IMG/VR virus record: IMGVR_UViG_3300020049_011007
Length of the DNA stretch: 45,960 bases
Strand: one strand, 5' to 3'
Source of the DNA: a virus
This document shows positions 33,612 through 41,520 of this stretch, piece by piece (the first letter of the stretch is position 1; each line of letters starts with the position of its first letter). A program made the position numbers and the translations under genes. The notes under the pieces are model-generated. The model was not told the origin of the DNA, ran no database searches, and worked only from the letters and a program-made list of their open reading frames with translations.

Positions 33612-33779
33612 ATGGAAAAAACAGAAAAATACATCGACAACCTAAAGCAAAAAATCACCGTCCATTACTTCAATGGTATGGCTCAGTATGAATACGAAGG
33701 CAAGAAGGTGAAGTATGCTGTCCCTAAAAAGAATTTACAGGCAAAGATGGATAGAGAGCAATGGAGGCAGATTGTCTAA
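33612..33779 (+). CDS. Small hypothetical protein (55 aa)
   Basis: MEKTEKYIDNLKQKITVHYFNGMAQYEYEGKKVKYAVPKKNLQAKMDREQWRQIV. Confidence 0.4.
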   Translation: MEKTEKYIDNLKQKITVHYFNGMAQYEYEGKKVKYAVPKKNLQAKMDREQWRQIV

Positions 33780-34082
33780 TAAAAAACTAACCGCTTGGCA
33801 AAAAGCAACTAACAATCTTGCTCAAGAGTTCTGCGATAAATACTTTGATGGAACTAAGAAATGGCGTTGGACTGGCGATGATATTGGGGGGAATTTTGAA
33901 GTAGGAGATTATTTCTTTGGCTTAAGTAAATCGTAGAAGCTTTGGAAACAAACTGCTCCTACGAGCTTCTAATCCAGTTTTATGACTACGAGATTCAATG
34001 CTACTATGACAAAAGCTTGCCAAGGTATAATTTTAAGACTTGGGTAAAATATTTTGCGGGGTTTAGTTATGGTAAAGAATAA
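33715..34082 (+). pseudogene. Frame-split gene: 33715..33936 (frame 1) continues as 33930..34082 (frame 0)
   Basis: ...WRWTGDDIGGNFEVGDYFFGLSK then IVEALETNCSYELLIQFYDYEIQCYYDKSLPRYNFKTWVKYFAGFSYGKE. The two parts read as one protein after a -1 shift at aaa-tcg. Confidence 0.45.
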
Positions 34083-34644
34083 TGAGCAGAAATTTATTGA
34101 TTTAAAAGATTTAGATCAATTAGTGCCAATCTACTGGAGAGACAGAATCAACTTACTTGTCAATAAGGATATTCCTAAGCAACCAAAAACCAGCGATGAT
34201 GTTTTGATTACTAAGTTTGCGACATTTAACGAAACTGACATACAACAGAATTTTTACAAATCATTCAATGCGATAGCTTCAGAGATAAAGCTAAAAAGTA
34301 AATTTAATGAGCTCGAATTTGTGCAGAATGACAATGGAGACACTGCTGGCGGTAGTTTAACTCAGATTCAAAGAATGGTTCTTTACAAAAGAAAGAAAGC
34401 TGAAGGTAGCCGCAAGGGTTTTCCAGACTGCTCAATGCTGCTGTTTAATCAAAGTCTTAATCTCAGAGATACCATATTCTGCGAGGTAAAGAAGATTGCA
34501 GCACCAAGTTCAATCCATATCAGAGAAGAGCAGTTAGAATGGTTTCTGAAGCTTAACGGCATGGGCTTTCAATCATACATTACCAACAATCCAATTTTCT
34601 TTAGAGATAGAGTATTGGGAGAGGTAAGAAACTTTTATAAATAG
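34069..34644 (+). CDS. VRR-NUC domain nuclease
   Basis: SRKGFPDCSMLLF...IFCEVKK...REEQLEWFLKLNGMGFQSYI matches the VRR-NUC G.PD...E.K...Q..W pattern. Confidence 0.6.
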   Translation: MVKNNEQKFIDLKDLDQLVPIYWRDRINLLVNKDIPKQPKTSDDVLITKFATFNETDIQQNFYKSFNAIASEIKLKSKFNELEFVQNDNGDTAGGSLTQIQRMVLYKRKKAEGSRKGFPDCSMLLFNQSLNLRDTIFCEVKKIAAPSSIHIREEQLEWFLKLNGMGFQSYITNNPIFFRDRVLGEVRNFYK

Positions 34645-34647
34645 AAA

Positions 34648-35001
34648 ATGAAAAAACTTAAATTTACCATCTACTACCTACAAGAACTTGCCATGCAATG
34701 TATATACAATGTAAAGCTTTTGTCACAAAAAGTATGTCATGGCTTTAACGAGCAGGAAATCTACGGACTCAACAATACCATAGCTGATTTCATCATTCCT
34801 AGACTTAAAGCTTTCAGAGGATACACTCGCATTCCACAGAAAGAAATAGACGCGATGATATTTAGTTTTGAGAACTTTCTGGAAGTTGAGAAATTTATGG
34901 ATAAAGGGCAATTAGATAAAAGTAAGTTTGGTAGTCATCAGAAGAAACTTGCCAAGGGTTTCGCCTTATTTGGCGCGCGTTTTCAGGATTTGTGGGAGTA
35001 G
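34648..35001 (+). CDS. Hypothetical protein
   Basis: ORF track. Confidence 0.5.
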   Translation: MKKLKFTIYYLQELAMQCIYNVKLLSQKVCHGFNEQEIYGLNNTIADFIIPRLKAFRGYTRIPQKEIDAMIFSFENFLEVEKFMDKGQLDKSKFGSHQKKLAKGFALFGARFQDLWE

Positions 35002-35013
35002 TCAATTTAGCTG

Positions 35014-35042
35014 TTGACTAATAAGAAAGGTGTGTTTAAAGT
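35014..35042 (+). promoter_or_regulatory. Promoter with the shared operator-like block
   Basis: TTGACT (35014..35019), N17, TAAAGT (35037..35042); the 24-nt block is at 35026..35049. Confidence 0.6.
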
Positions 35043-35067
35043 GTGTTTAACAATTAATTCTAAAAAA

Positions 35068-35226
35068 ATGAAAGCAGTAAGAAAAAAAGGGGTTAGGCGA
35101 AACATTTATCTAACTGAAAACCAGAATGAAAAATTGCTAGTTTTATCAAAGAAAGCTGGGTTGTCAGTTTCTGGCTTTATTAGGCTCTCAATGATGAGAT
35201 TGTTAGCAAAAAAGAATACCTTATAA
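35068..35226 (+). CDS. Ribbon-helix-helix DNA-binding protein
   Basis: RRNIYLTENQNEKLLVLSKKAGLSVSGFIRLSMMRLL is a typical RHH beta-alpha-alpha. The ATG at 35068 is downstream of the promoter. Confidence 0.55.
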   Translation: MKAVRKKGVRRNIYLTENQNEKLLVLSKKAGLSVSGFIRLSMMRLLAKKNTL

Positions 35227-35234
35227 CCCAAGGG

Positions 35235-35264
35235 CAATCGCAGTAATAGCGGTTGTTATTTTGT
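35235..35264 (+). terminator. Rho-independent terminator-like hairpin after the RHH gene
   Basis: CAATCGC (35235..35241) agtaata GCGGTTG (35249..35255), then TTATTTTGT. Confidence 0.45.
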
Positions 35265-35539
35265 AAAAAAAATGGAAAGGGTGGGTTATAAGGGAAAAGC
35301 CCCACGAGTTAAATTTATCTTTTTGTTAAGGTCTGTTTTGAATGGCTTGTGGGGTTGAATATTTTCATGACAAAGTAAAGCGTGGCTGCACATCAATGCA
35401 GAGGAGGCGCTAAACACCGTCTTTAAAGCGAGCTTTGCTTTGTCTTGTGAATATTCTTCAATGGCTCCACGGCCTTATTAACTTAAGGGAATTTTATTTT
35501 CCGTGGGGCTTTTCAATAATAACAATAAAGGGGGGGGAA

Positions 35540-36019
35540 ATGAACATTACATCGGTTTATTGGGTGACTAACGGGAAAACAATTGGCGAAATGAAAGAAA
35601 ATCTACTCACAGAAAGCAAAGAAGATTTAGTAAGTTTGATCATAAACGAAAGATACAATGGGTTCACCTCTTCCCTTGCTGATTATGAAGAAGACGAAGA
35701 GCCTCAAGACCCAATTTCCTCCAATGGAAAGGATATGGAAAAGAGAGTTCCTTACATAGGTTGGTTTTGGCGTTCGGCTGATTTTGCTAATAAGTTAATT
35801 TCGATTGGGGATTGCGGTGAGTTCATTGGCATTATGGAAAACAACAAGTGGGACCATCCAGAGAGATTGCTTACTGAAGAGGAGTGTGACAATGTGATTG
35901 CTATTATTGAAAATGCAATGCGTGAGCAAGAGAAAGGTGGGGATGTGTCTCAAATGGTAAAAAAAACTAGGCTAGAGTTAGAAAAATTATGGCCCTATCT
36001 TCAGACCCTCTCAATTTAA
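35540..36019 (+). CDS. Hypothetical protein
   Basis: RBS AAAGGGGGGGG then ATG at 35540. The track start at 35435 (TTG) is unlikely. Confidence 0.55.
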   Translation: MNITSVYWVTNGKTIGEMKENLLTESKEDLVSLIINERYNGFTSSLADYEEDEEPQDPISSNGKDMEKRVPYIGWFWRSADFANKLISIGDCGEFIGIMENNKWDHPERLLTEEECDNVIAIIENAMREQEKGGDVSQMVKKTRLELEKLWPYLQTLSI

Positions 36020-36041
36020 CCAACCTCAATCAATAATTAAC

Positions 36042-36143
36042 ATGACCGAAATCGAATTATTACGTCAAATATGGGGGTGCCTTGCTTTGCAAAATATCGC
36101 ATTAGGTGTAATTATTATTTACCTAGCGTTTAGAATAAAATGA
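36042..36143 (+). CDS. Micro-ORF (33 aa, TM)
   Basis: MTEIELLRQIWGCLALQNIALGVIIIYLAFRIK; ATGA overlap with the next gene. Confidence 0.4.
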   Translation: MTEIELLRQIWGCLALQNIALGVIIIYLAFRIK

Positions 36144-36484
36144 AATACCTCCTAATCCTACTCCTAACCTCTTCCTGCTGGGCTACTATGGACACCAATG
36201 GAGAAGATATTTGTAGGTTTACTAGGAGTTTGGAGTGTGGGAATTATCGGTTAATTAAAAGTGAAGGTGAAATGAAGGGTGAAATATTTAGCACACAAGA
36301 AGCTTTTGAACAGCTGTATTTGCAGAAATATAATGGTGCCGAGGCCATTCGAGACAATATTTTTCCAAAATATATCCATAAAAAAACGGGCAAGATGGTA
36401 GCGGTCGAATATGCAAAATCGTATCACGATGAATGGCTCTACTGGGTCAAAAATCCAGTAGAAAAAGAGCATAAAATTGGGTAA
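36140..36484 (+). CDS. Secreted or lipoprotein-like early protein
   Basis: Signal peptide MKYLLILLLTSSCWATMD, with a Cys at position 13 after LLTSS. Confidence 0.5.
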   Translation: MKYLLILLLTSSCWATMDTNGEDICRFTRSLECGNYRLIKSEGEMKGEIFSTQEAFEQLYLQKYNGAEAIRDNIFPKYIHKKTGKMVAVEYAKSYHDEWLYWVKNPVEKEHKIG

Positions 36485-36503
36485 TTAATTTTAAGGTAGT
36501 GAA

Positions 36504-36749
36504 ATGAAAAACTTCGCTCAACATGGTGATATAGTTTTTGTAGTCAGGGACAGCAGAGTTGGTAAATATACTTGCCACTCAAGAAATATCCTAGCTGAAA
36601 AACATTTATTAACTCAGCCAATAGGGCAAAACTACGCGACAGAATGGTTCGCCATTAATGGCCTAGAAGAATATGTTTTTGATAACTGGTTTTCGGCTAA
36701 AATTTATCAAATAAAGCAAGTGCTAAAAATACTAAAAAATCTATTTTAA
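36504..36749 (+). CDS. Hypothetical protein
   Basis: ORF track. Confidence 0.5.
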   Translation: MKNFAQHGDIVFVVRDSRVGKYTCHSRNILAEKHLLTQPIGQNYATEWFAINGLEEYVFDNWFSAKIYQIKQVLKILKNLF

Positions 36750-36763
36750 CGAGGGGGAATAAC

Positions 36764-37186
36764 ATGGACAAGACACTAGAAGAGAGAATCACAGCTTTTA
36801 ACGAAACTAAAAACGAAATCCAAAAACTTTCTGAAGAAGGTGAGGACTTTGATTATTCAATTCCGATGGAAATGATGGAAACTGCTTCGGAAATAATCAC
36901 TGAGCTTCAAGAACAAAATAAAGCTTGGCAAGGAATGGTTGAATCAACTTGTCAGACTAATAAAGCACTATGCGAACGCTTAAAAGAAGGTGCAGACGCT
37001 TTTTACTCACAAAAAAAGAAGCTCGATGAGGCTTTAGCTAAGGTAGAGATTGCGAAGGAAGCATTGGAATTTATTGCCGATAAAGAAAGGCCGAGTGGAA
37101 ACTTAACGTGTCAGATAATTGATGCTAGAGAAAAAGCCAAAGAAGCTTTAGAACAACTCAACAAACAAGGAGAAAAGCATGAATAA
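36764..37186 (+). CDS. Acidic coiled-coil protein
   Basis: ORF track; GAGGGGG RBS. Confidence 0.55.
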   Translation: MDKTLEERITAFNETKNEIQKLSEEGEDFDYSIPMEMMETASEIITELQEQNKAWQGMVESTCQTNKALCERLKEGADAFYSQKKKLDEALAKVEIAKEALEFIADKERPSGNLTCQIIDAREKAKEALEQLNKQGEKHE

Positions 37187-37280
37187 GGGATTCTTGAAAG
37201 ACTTTTCAGTCGGTTGTGGTAAAGCCGCCCTTTGGGGAATGGCTATTTTTGGAACGTTTAAACTTTTTGGAGTGATTTAA
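37179..37280 (+). CDS. Micro-ORF (33 aa, TM)
   Basis: MNKGFLKDFSVGCGKAALWGMAIFGTFKLFGVI. It exactly bridges the gap to the next ATG. Confidence 0.35.
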   Translation: MNKGFLKDFSVGCGKAALWGMAIFGTFKLFGVI

Positions 37281-37281
37281 T

Positions 37282-37974
37282 ATGGAGAATAAATTACCAG
37301 TAGTAGGGAAGAGATATAAACTTAGAAACCAACTTGGAAGCGGCAACGGTGATATAGTGATGGTTGTTAGCGTGGATAATGATTTTTCTTGCAAGCTTTA
37401 CTTTGAAAAGAGTGACAGTGTTTCTAGTGATCCGCTACCACTAGCATCTTTTTGTAATATTTGCGAAGAACTCCCAGACTCTAACTCGCAGAAACCAGAG
37501 GAAGTGCAAGTTGACCTTGATAAGAAGAAAGTCAGCGAAGTTGAAAGTGCTTTAAAAACATTAAAAAAGCATTTAGCTACGGTAGAAGAAAATGATTTAG
37601 CGAAGCAATATGTTAATAAAGCTTTTTCATTTTTTTTCATGAGGCTTTATTATGTAGCGCAGAATATTGTTAATGCTTTAGAGGCTGAGAAAAACATGTC
37701 GAAACCAGAGTCCAAAATCGACATGAAAGAAGAACGTGTCGAGCCAATGAATAAGTCCCTTATTTACCCAGAATCTCCTCCAACCTTAGGGGAGAGTGTT
37801 CATTGGAATTCTAAGGTCACGCAAGACTCAGACGAGCCAGTGAGTATTTGGAATGATGTCGGGCAGCGACTTGATAAAGCAAATATACCCGTAGAAACTA
37901 AAAAGATGTTTGAGGTAATGGCTATTTATATGGCTGCATTGCAGAAAGACATTGAGGAGCTTAAGAAAAAATGA
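37282..37974 (+). CDS. Hypothetical protein
   Basis: ORF track. Confidence 0.55.
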   Translation: MENKLPVVGKRYKLRNQLGSGNGDIVMVVSVDNDFSCKLYFEKSDSVSSDPLPLASFCNICEELPDSNSQKPEEVQVDLDKKKVSEVESALKTLKKHLATVEENDLAKQYVNKAFSFFFMRLYYVAQNIVNALEAEKNMSKPESKIDMKEERVEPMNKSLIYPESPPTLGESVHWNSKVTQDSDEPVSIWNDVGQRLDKANIPVETKKMFEVMAIYMAALQKDIEELKKK

Positions 37975-38696
37975 AAACTAAACTGATTGAATTTCTAAAC
38001 CATGATAAATCAACCAGATTCCTAGAATACAAAGGGGGAGACGGCAATTCTGTGGGATTATTTGAAGAAATAGCCTCGCAACATAGCGACAACATAGAGG
38101 TGCATGCCTTTGATCCGAGAGGTAATGGCAATCTGATAAATAAGCTAAACGAAAGGGGTTTTTCGAGAAGAGCCAATACTTTCAAGAAAGGTAATTTGTA
38201 TTTCTACCCAATGATACTAGAAAATTATGACGCACAAAGCATTAAAGATAATGCCGCAATCTGTGATGTAGCAGTTTGTTTTGATGAAAAAATATGCGAG
38301 AATATTAGATCATCTGATCGAAGCTTGATATTAGAAGCATTGGCAACTGTGGCAGATAAGGTAATGTATTCGGTTCCGACTAAAGCAATGGTTTCAAGTG
38401 TCTATGTCACTAATGAAGCAGTGGATTTACTCGTTAATGCGGTATTGGGGCAGCCAGATCCTAACCAAAGAGTAGTTATCGATAACGGCCAAGTTAGAAG
38501 AATGTCGATAATGGATGCAGAAGCCATACAAAAAGAATCTTCTGATAGCGGGTGCACCATTCAGGAGTCATTTGTAGATAAGCCAAGCTCTTGGTTTGGG
38601 TGCTTAAGAACTTGTGAACCCGCGAATACTTATGGAGTTATTTTAAAATCAGTCTCAAAACTAAGCACTGACCAAGAAGTAATGCGTGATAGGTGA
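37971..38696 (+). CDS. Hypothetical protein (weak class-I SAM methyltransferase-like motif)
   Basis: FLEYKGGDGNS ... VHAFDP loosely fits motif I and the acidic end of beta-2. This is a low-confidence call. Confidence 0.3.
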   Translation: MKTKLIEFLNHDKSTRFLEYKGGDGNSVGLFEEIASQHSDNIEVHAFDPRGNGNLINKLNERGFSRRANTFKKGNLYFYPMILENYDAQSIKDNAAICDVAVCFDEKICENIRSSDRSLILEALATVADKVMYSVPTKAMVSSVYVTNEAVDLLVNAVLGQPDPNQRVVIDNGQVRRMSIMDAEAIQKESSDSGCTIQESFVDKPSSWFGCLRTCEPANTYGVILKSVSKLSTDQEVMRDR

Positions 38697-38701
38697 TGAT
38701 G

Positions 38702-39031
38702 CTATTTAAAGCTCTTATAAAGCCGATAACAAGTGAAGCTAAGAGCCGCTACAACTACAAATTCAGCAATGATATCAATGGCAAATTGTAGTGAGCCTTT
38801 GAAGAAATAAACCAGAAGCACGACAATCAGCAAGACGAAATACTGCCAAGTCTTTTCTAGGCCAAGTCTAACCCAGTTCTCAGAAGCTGGTTTAGCGTTG
38901 GTTAGAGCATCTTTCCAAGACTTAAAAACAAAATCAACTAGGCTTGGTATGCGGTAAGTGTTTACGACTTTCTTAAATAGCTCTTTGACTGTTTCAGTTA
39001 AGCGAGTAATAAGGGTTTTATTGTCTTCCAT
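38702..39031 (-). CDS. Membrane protein (last gene of the late operon)
   Basis: TM helices WQYFVLLIVVLLVYFF and IIAEFVVVAALSFTCY. Confidence 0.5.
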   Translation of the reverse strand: MEDNKTLITRLTETVKELFKKVVNTYRIPSLVDFVFKSWKDALTNAKPASENWVRLGLEKTWQYFVLLIVVLLVYFFKGSLQFAIDIIAEFVVVAALSFTCYRLYKSFK

Positions 39032-39174
39032 TTTGATTCGTATTGATGTTGGGGGATATAAGTGATTTTTCCTTTGCGGTCTTTCTTACCAATAGCTTTT
39101 GGCTTTTCAGCTACGAAGTACTTAACTACTAGCTTTTTGTCAATGTGAATGAAATTATTTTCTACTTGCACCAT
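38998..39174 (-). CDS. Possible small basic protein (58 aa)
   Basis: ATG at 39174. MVQVENNFIHIDKKLVVKYFVAEKPKAIGKKDRKGKITYIPQHQYESKW... It overlaps both neighbours. Confidence 0.3.
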   Translation of the reverse strand: MVQVENNFIHIDKKLVVKYFVAEKPKAIGKKDRKGKITYIPQHQYESKWKTIKPLLLA

Positions 39175-39575
39175 GATTTCTTTTTTTCTCCATGATATTC
39201 GCGAGCTACACCCGCTTTTATTAAGCTGACAGCCAGATCAACACCATCAATACTTACATTAGCTAGAACTCTCCCACCATACTTGTCCCATTTAATTTTA
39301 GAAAACGCTACGTCTTGAGATTCTGATATAAGCTTTCTAGTGAGCTTAGTAGCAGCCTCTCCGAGTTTGCCTTCTTTAACACAAAGAGCCTTAGCCCCTT
39401 TTTCTGGTGTGTCGATGTTATTTACCCTGACAGAAAGCTTTAATTCTTTTGGAAGAAAAGGCGCTTCTACTTTCAGAGTATCGCCGTCAGTAACCTCAAT
39501 TACTTTCCAGCGGTACTCAGCGGCATGGGCAGAAAAGCTTATTAAGGTTAAAAGTACTGACAAAAATATTCTCAT
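39162..39575 (-). CDS. Secreted thermonuclease (staphylococcal nuclease / SNase family)
   Basis: Signal peptide MRIFLSVLLTLISFSAHA. SNase motifs VTDGDTLKV, RVNNIDTPE, DKYGGRVLANV and LIKAGVAREY. The ATG at 39575 overlaps the endolysin TAA. Confidence 0.8.
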   Translation of the reverse strand: MRIFLSVLLTLISFSAHAAEYRWKVIEVTDGDTLKVEAPFLPKELKLSVRVNNIDTPEKGAKALCVKEGKLGEAATKLTRKLISESQDVAFSKIKWDKYGGRVLANVSIDGVDLAVSLIKAGVAREYHGEKKKSWCK

Positions 39576-39958
39576 TATGCAAGCTCCCAATGTGGTCGGT
39601 CAGAAAAGGATTTAAAGTCTCCGCCCCAGACAATTTTAATTCCGTGCTGTTGTGCCGTAGCTTTAACAGCACGGGCGAAATCTTCATGACTTTTTTTGTC
39701 GTCCCATTTTAGAGGAAATGGTAAAACATCGACAGCGAGCGATAAAGGTTGCTCTTTACTGATTTGGTGCTTTGATTTCTTTTTGACCCCGTCAAGCTTA
39801 GAAAAACCCCCTGCAAATGCTTTCTTTTGTTCTTCTAATGTTCTGGAGCCGCAAATTATTGTGCAGTCACGAGTCTGGATTATGTCGTTAAATATTTTTT
39901 GCAAATCTGAGTGACAGGTTGCTAATCTTTCGGCAGATTTTTTACTGAATTTTGGCAT
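39575..39958 (-). CDS. Endolysin, peptidase M15 (VanY / L-Ala-D-Glu peptidase-like)
   Basis: ICGSRTLEEQKKAF..., SKHQ...LAVDVLPFP, and HWEL at the C-terminus fit the Zn-binding H..D..H arrangement of M15 lysins. Confidence 0.75.
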   Translation of the reverse strand: MPKFSKKSAERLATCHSDLQKIFNDIIQTRDCTIICGSRTLEEQKKAFAGGFSKLDGVKKKSKHQISKEQPLSLAVDVLPFPLKWDDKKSHEDFARAVKATAQQHGIKIVWGGDFKSFSDRPHWELA

Positions 39959-40127
39959 TTTATAGACCTCTTTTATAAACTTTTTTATAAACTTCTTTGA
40001 TTTATTTCACAGATTTTTGGTTAATAGCAACCCCAACAGGCAGTAGAGTTGGTGAGATTTTTATTACTAAATCTTTAATTTTTTATTAACTTTTTATAAC
40101 TTAAATCACAAAGAATGGTTAATAAAA

Positions 40128-40334
40128 TTATTCTTCATTCTTGCAGGTTGAGTTCCATAAATCGTTGTGATTAACGATTTGCTCGATAAATTGTTTTGAA
40201 ATGGTAGATTGTTTTAGAGCCTGCTTATCTGGTTGGCTAGCTGTAATAGGGCTGGCAACAATGCAGTAGTCATGGACATAAATAGTCTTTGATCTACAGC
40301 TTGTCAATAAGCGCGTCCCGCTCAAGAGAAGCAT
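40128..40334 (-). CDS. o-spanin candidate (outer-membrane lipoprotein)
   Basis: The internal ATG at 40334 gives MLLLSGTRLLTSC with lipobox LTSC. The gene starts inside the 3' end of the i-spanin gene in another frame. Confidence 0.5.
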   Translation of the reverse strand: MLLLSGTRLLTSCRSKTIYVHDYCIVASPITASQPDKQALKQSTISKQFIEQIVNHNDLWNSTCKNEE

Positions 40335-40509
40335 TATTTCTAACAATAGTCTTAGACTTTTTAACGACTTGGATTGTCTCATTTTGAGTTTCGATTATTT
40401 CTGCTTGTTGAGTGACTACTTCCGCTTCTTTACCAATTTTTTTACCTTCAAAGAAAATCGCGGCTAGAGCTGCAATTAAAACTAAAGCGGCAATTATGTA
40501 GCGGGTCAT
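40294..40509 (-). CDS. i-spanin candidate
   Basis: N-terminal TM helix YIIAALVLIAALAAIFF followed by a charged helical periplasmic segment. Confidence 0.55.
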   Translation of the reverse strand: MTRYIIAALVLIAALAAIFFEGKKIGKEAEVVTQQAEIIETQNETIQVVKKSKTIVRNNASLERDALIDKL

Positions 40510-40745
40510 TTCTTTTTGCCGAATATTTTTAAAAGTATTTCAGATGTCACCATGCCACCGAGTAAGCTTGAGTAAGTGCAATATGCAACAAATACTTTGT
40601 AAGCTGTTTTTGGGTCAGTAGGAGCCAATTCTTTAATTAGGTATAAAGCCATCACAATGATAAAAGGCTGGCAAAGCATAAACGCAAGTCTCTTTGAAGA
40701 ATTAACTCCAGATGCAGCTTGTAGAAAACCTGTGTTTTCTGTCAT
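40506..40745 (-). CDS. Holin candidate (2 TM)
   Basis: 79 aa; TM segments LAFMLCQPFIIVMALYLI and VFVAYCTYSSLLGGMV; basic C-terminus; ATGA overlaps on both sides. Confidence 0.5.
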   Translation of the reverse strand: MTENTGFLQAASGVNSSKRLAFMLCQPFIIVMALYLIKELAPTDPKTAYKVFVAYCTYSSLLGGMVTSEILLKIFGKKK

Positions 40746-40906
40746 TTAAAAGCACCAATAATAATTGCCACTTTATCAGCGTAAGTGATAGCGATGCCCA
40801 TACCGCAAAGCATAAGGAAGGTAAAACTAAAGAAGTTGTGTTTATCAAGAAAATCTATAAAGCGAAGCAGAATTGTTTCTGCAATCTCGAATCTATTTTT
40901 TTTCAT
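40742..40906 (-). CDS. Small membrane protein (54 aa; holin/antiholin candidate)
   Basis: MKKNRFEIAETILLRFIDFLDKHNFFSFTFLMLCGMGIAITYADKVAIIIGAFK. Confidence 0.4.
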   Translation of the reverse strand: MKKNRFEIAETILLRFIDFLDKHNFFSFTFLMLCGMGIAITYADKVAIIIGAFK

Positions 40907-41306
40907 TTAAATGCTCTCTGATGATTTTGATTAATTCTTCATCATTTTCTTGGATCATTTGTTTCAAATACTTATTTTCTGTCTCGATGTTATGCTTTAC
41001 ATTTTTGTATTTCTCAACTGATTTTTTTACTTCAGCTAGTTCAGATGTTAGGGTTCTTATGGTATCATCTTTGAATTCCTTAATTTTACTTTCAACATAT
41101 TCAGCAATCGAGGGCATTAGTTTTTCCACCAAATCCTTATTCGCTCCTTCTGCAATCTTTCTGCCACACCATTTTAGGATTTTTCCCAAATAGAATAAGG
41201 CGGCAAGTGTTATTGCCCCATAGACTTGCAAGGCAATATCGCTAAAAGTGTCAATTGGTTTATCCATTTGATCCTTGGTCATAATTTGAGAAATCAGAAC
41301 CTTCAT
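40893..41306 (-). CDS. Membrane-anchored coiled-coil protein
   Basis: TM helix VYGAITLAALFYLGKIL followed by a charged helix. Confidence 0.5.
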   Translation of the reverse strand: MKVLISQIMTKDQMDKPIDTFSDIALQVYGAITLAALFYLGKILKWCGRKIAEGANKDLVEKLMPSIAEYVESKIKEFKDDTIRTLTSELAEVKKSVEKYKNVKHNIETENKYLKQMIQENDEELIKIIREHLNEKK

Positions 41307-41520
41307 TTATACTTAATGCCAAACTATCAGATTCTACTATTCCGAATTGCAATAATCTTGCTTCGTATGATTCTTTATCATAGAATACTTCTAAATTGTC
41401 TAAACCAGTAGTTAAGCATTGATGTGATTCTATGTAGCCGTATGAGATAAGTAGTGGAGTTCCTTCTGACCAAGCGATAAACCATTCTGGAGGAATAGGG
41501 TAGTTAATATCTTGTACCAT
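41260..41520 (-). CDS. Hypothetical protein (possible fibre chaperone by position)
   Basis: The ATG at 41520 (MVQDINYPIPPEW...) is preferred over the TTG at 41574. Confidence 0.45.
   Translation of the reverse strand: MVQDINYPIPPEWFIAWSEGTPLLISYGYIESHQCLTTGLDNLEVFYDKESYEARLLQFGIVESDSLALSINEGSDFSNYDQGSNG

Noticed and set aside
38694-38704. Missing bidirectional terminator between the convergent plus and minus modules
   Set aside because: Only 5 nt separate the convergent stop codons and no hairpin is visible. This is probably just tight packing, and I could not support any regulatory claim.
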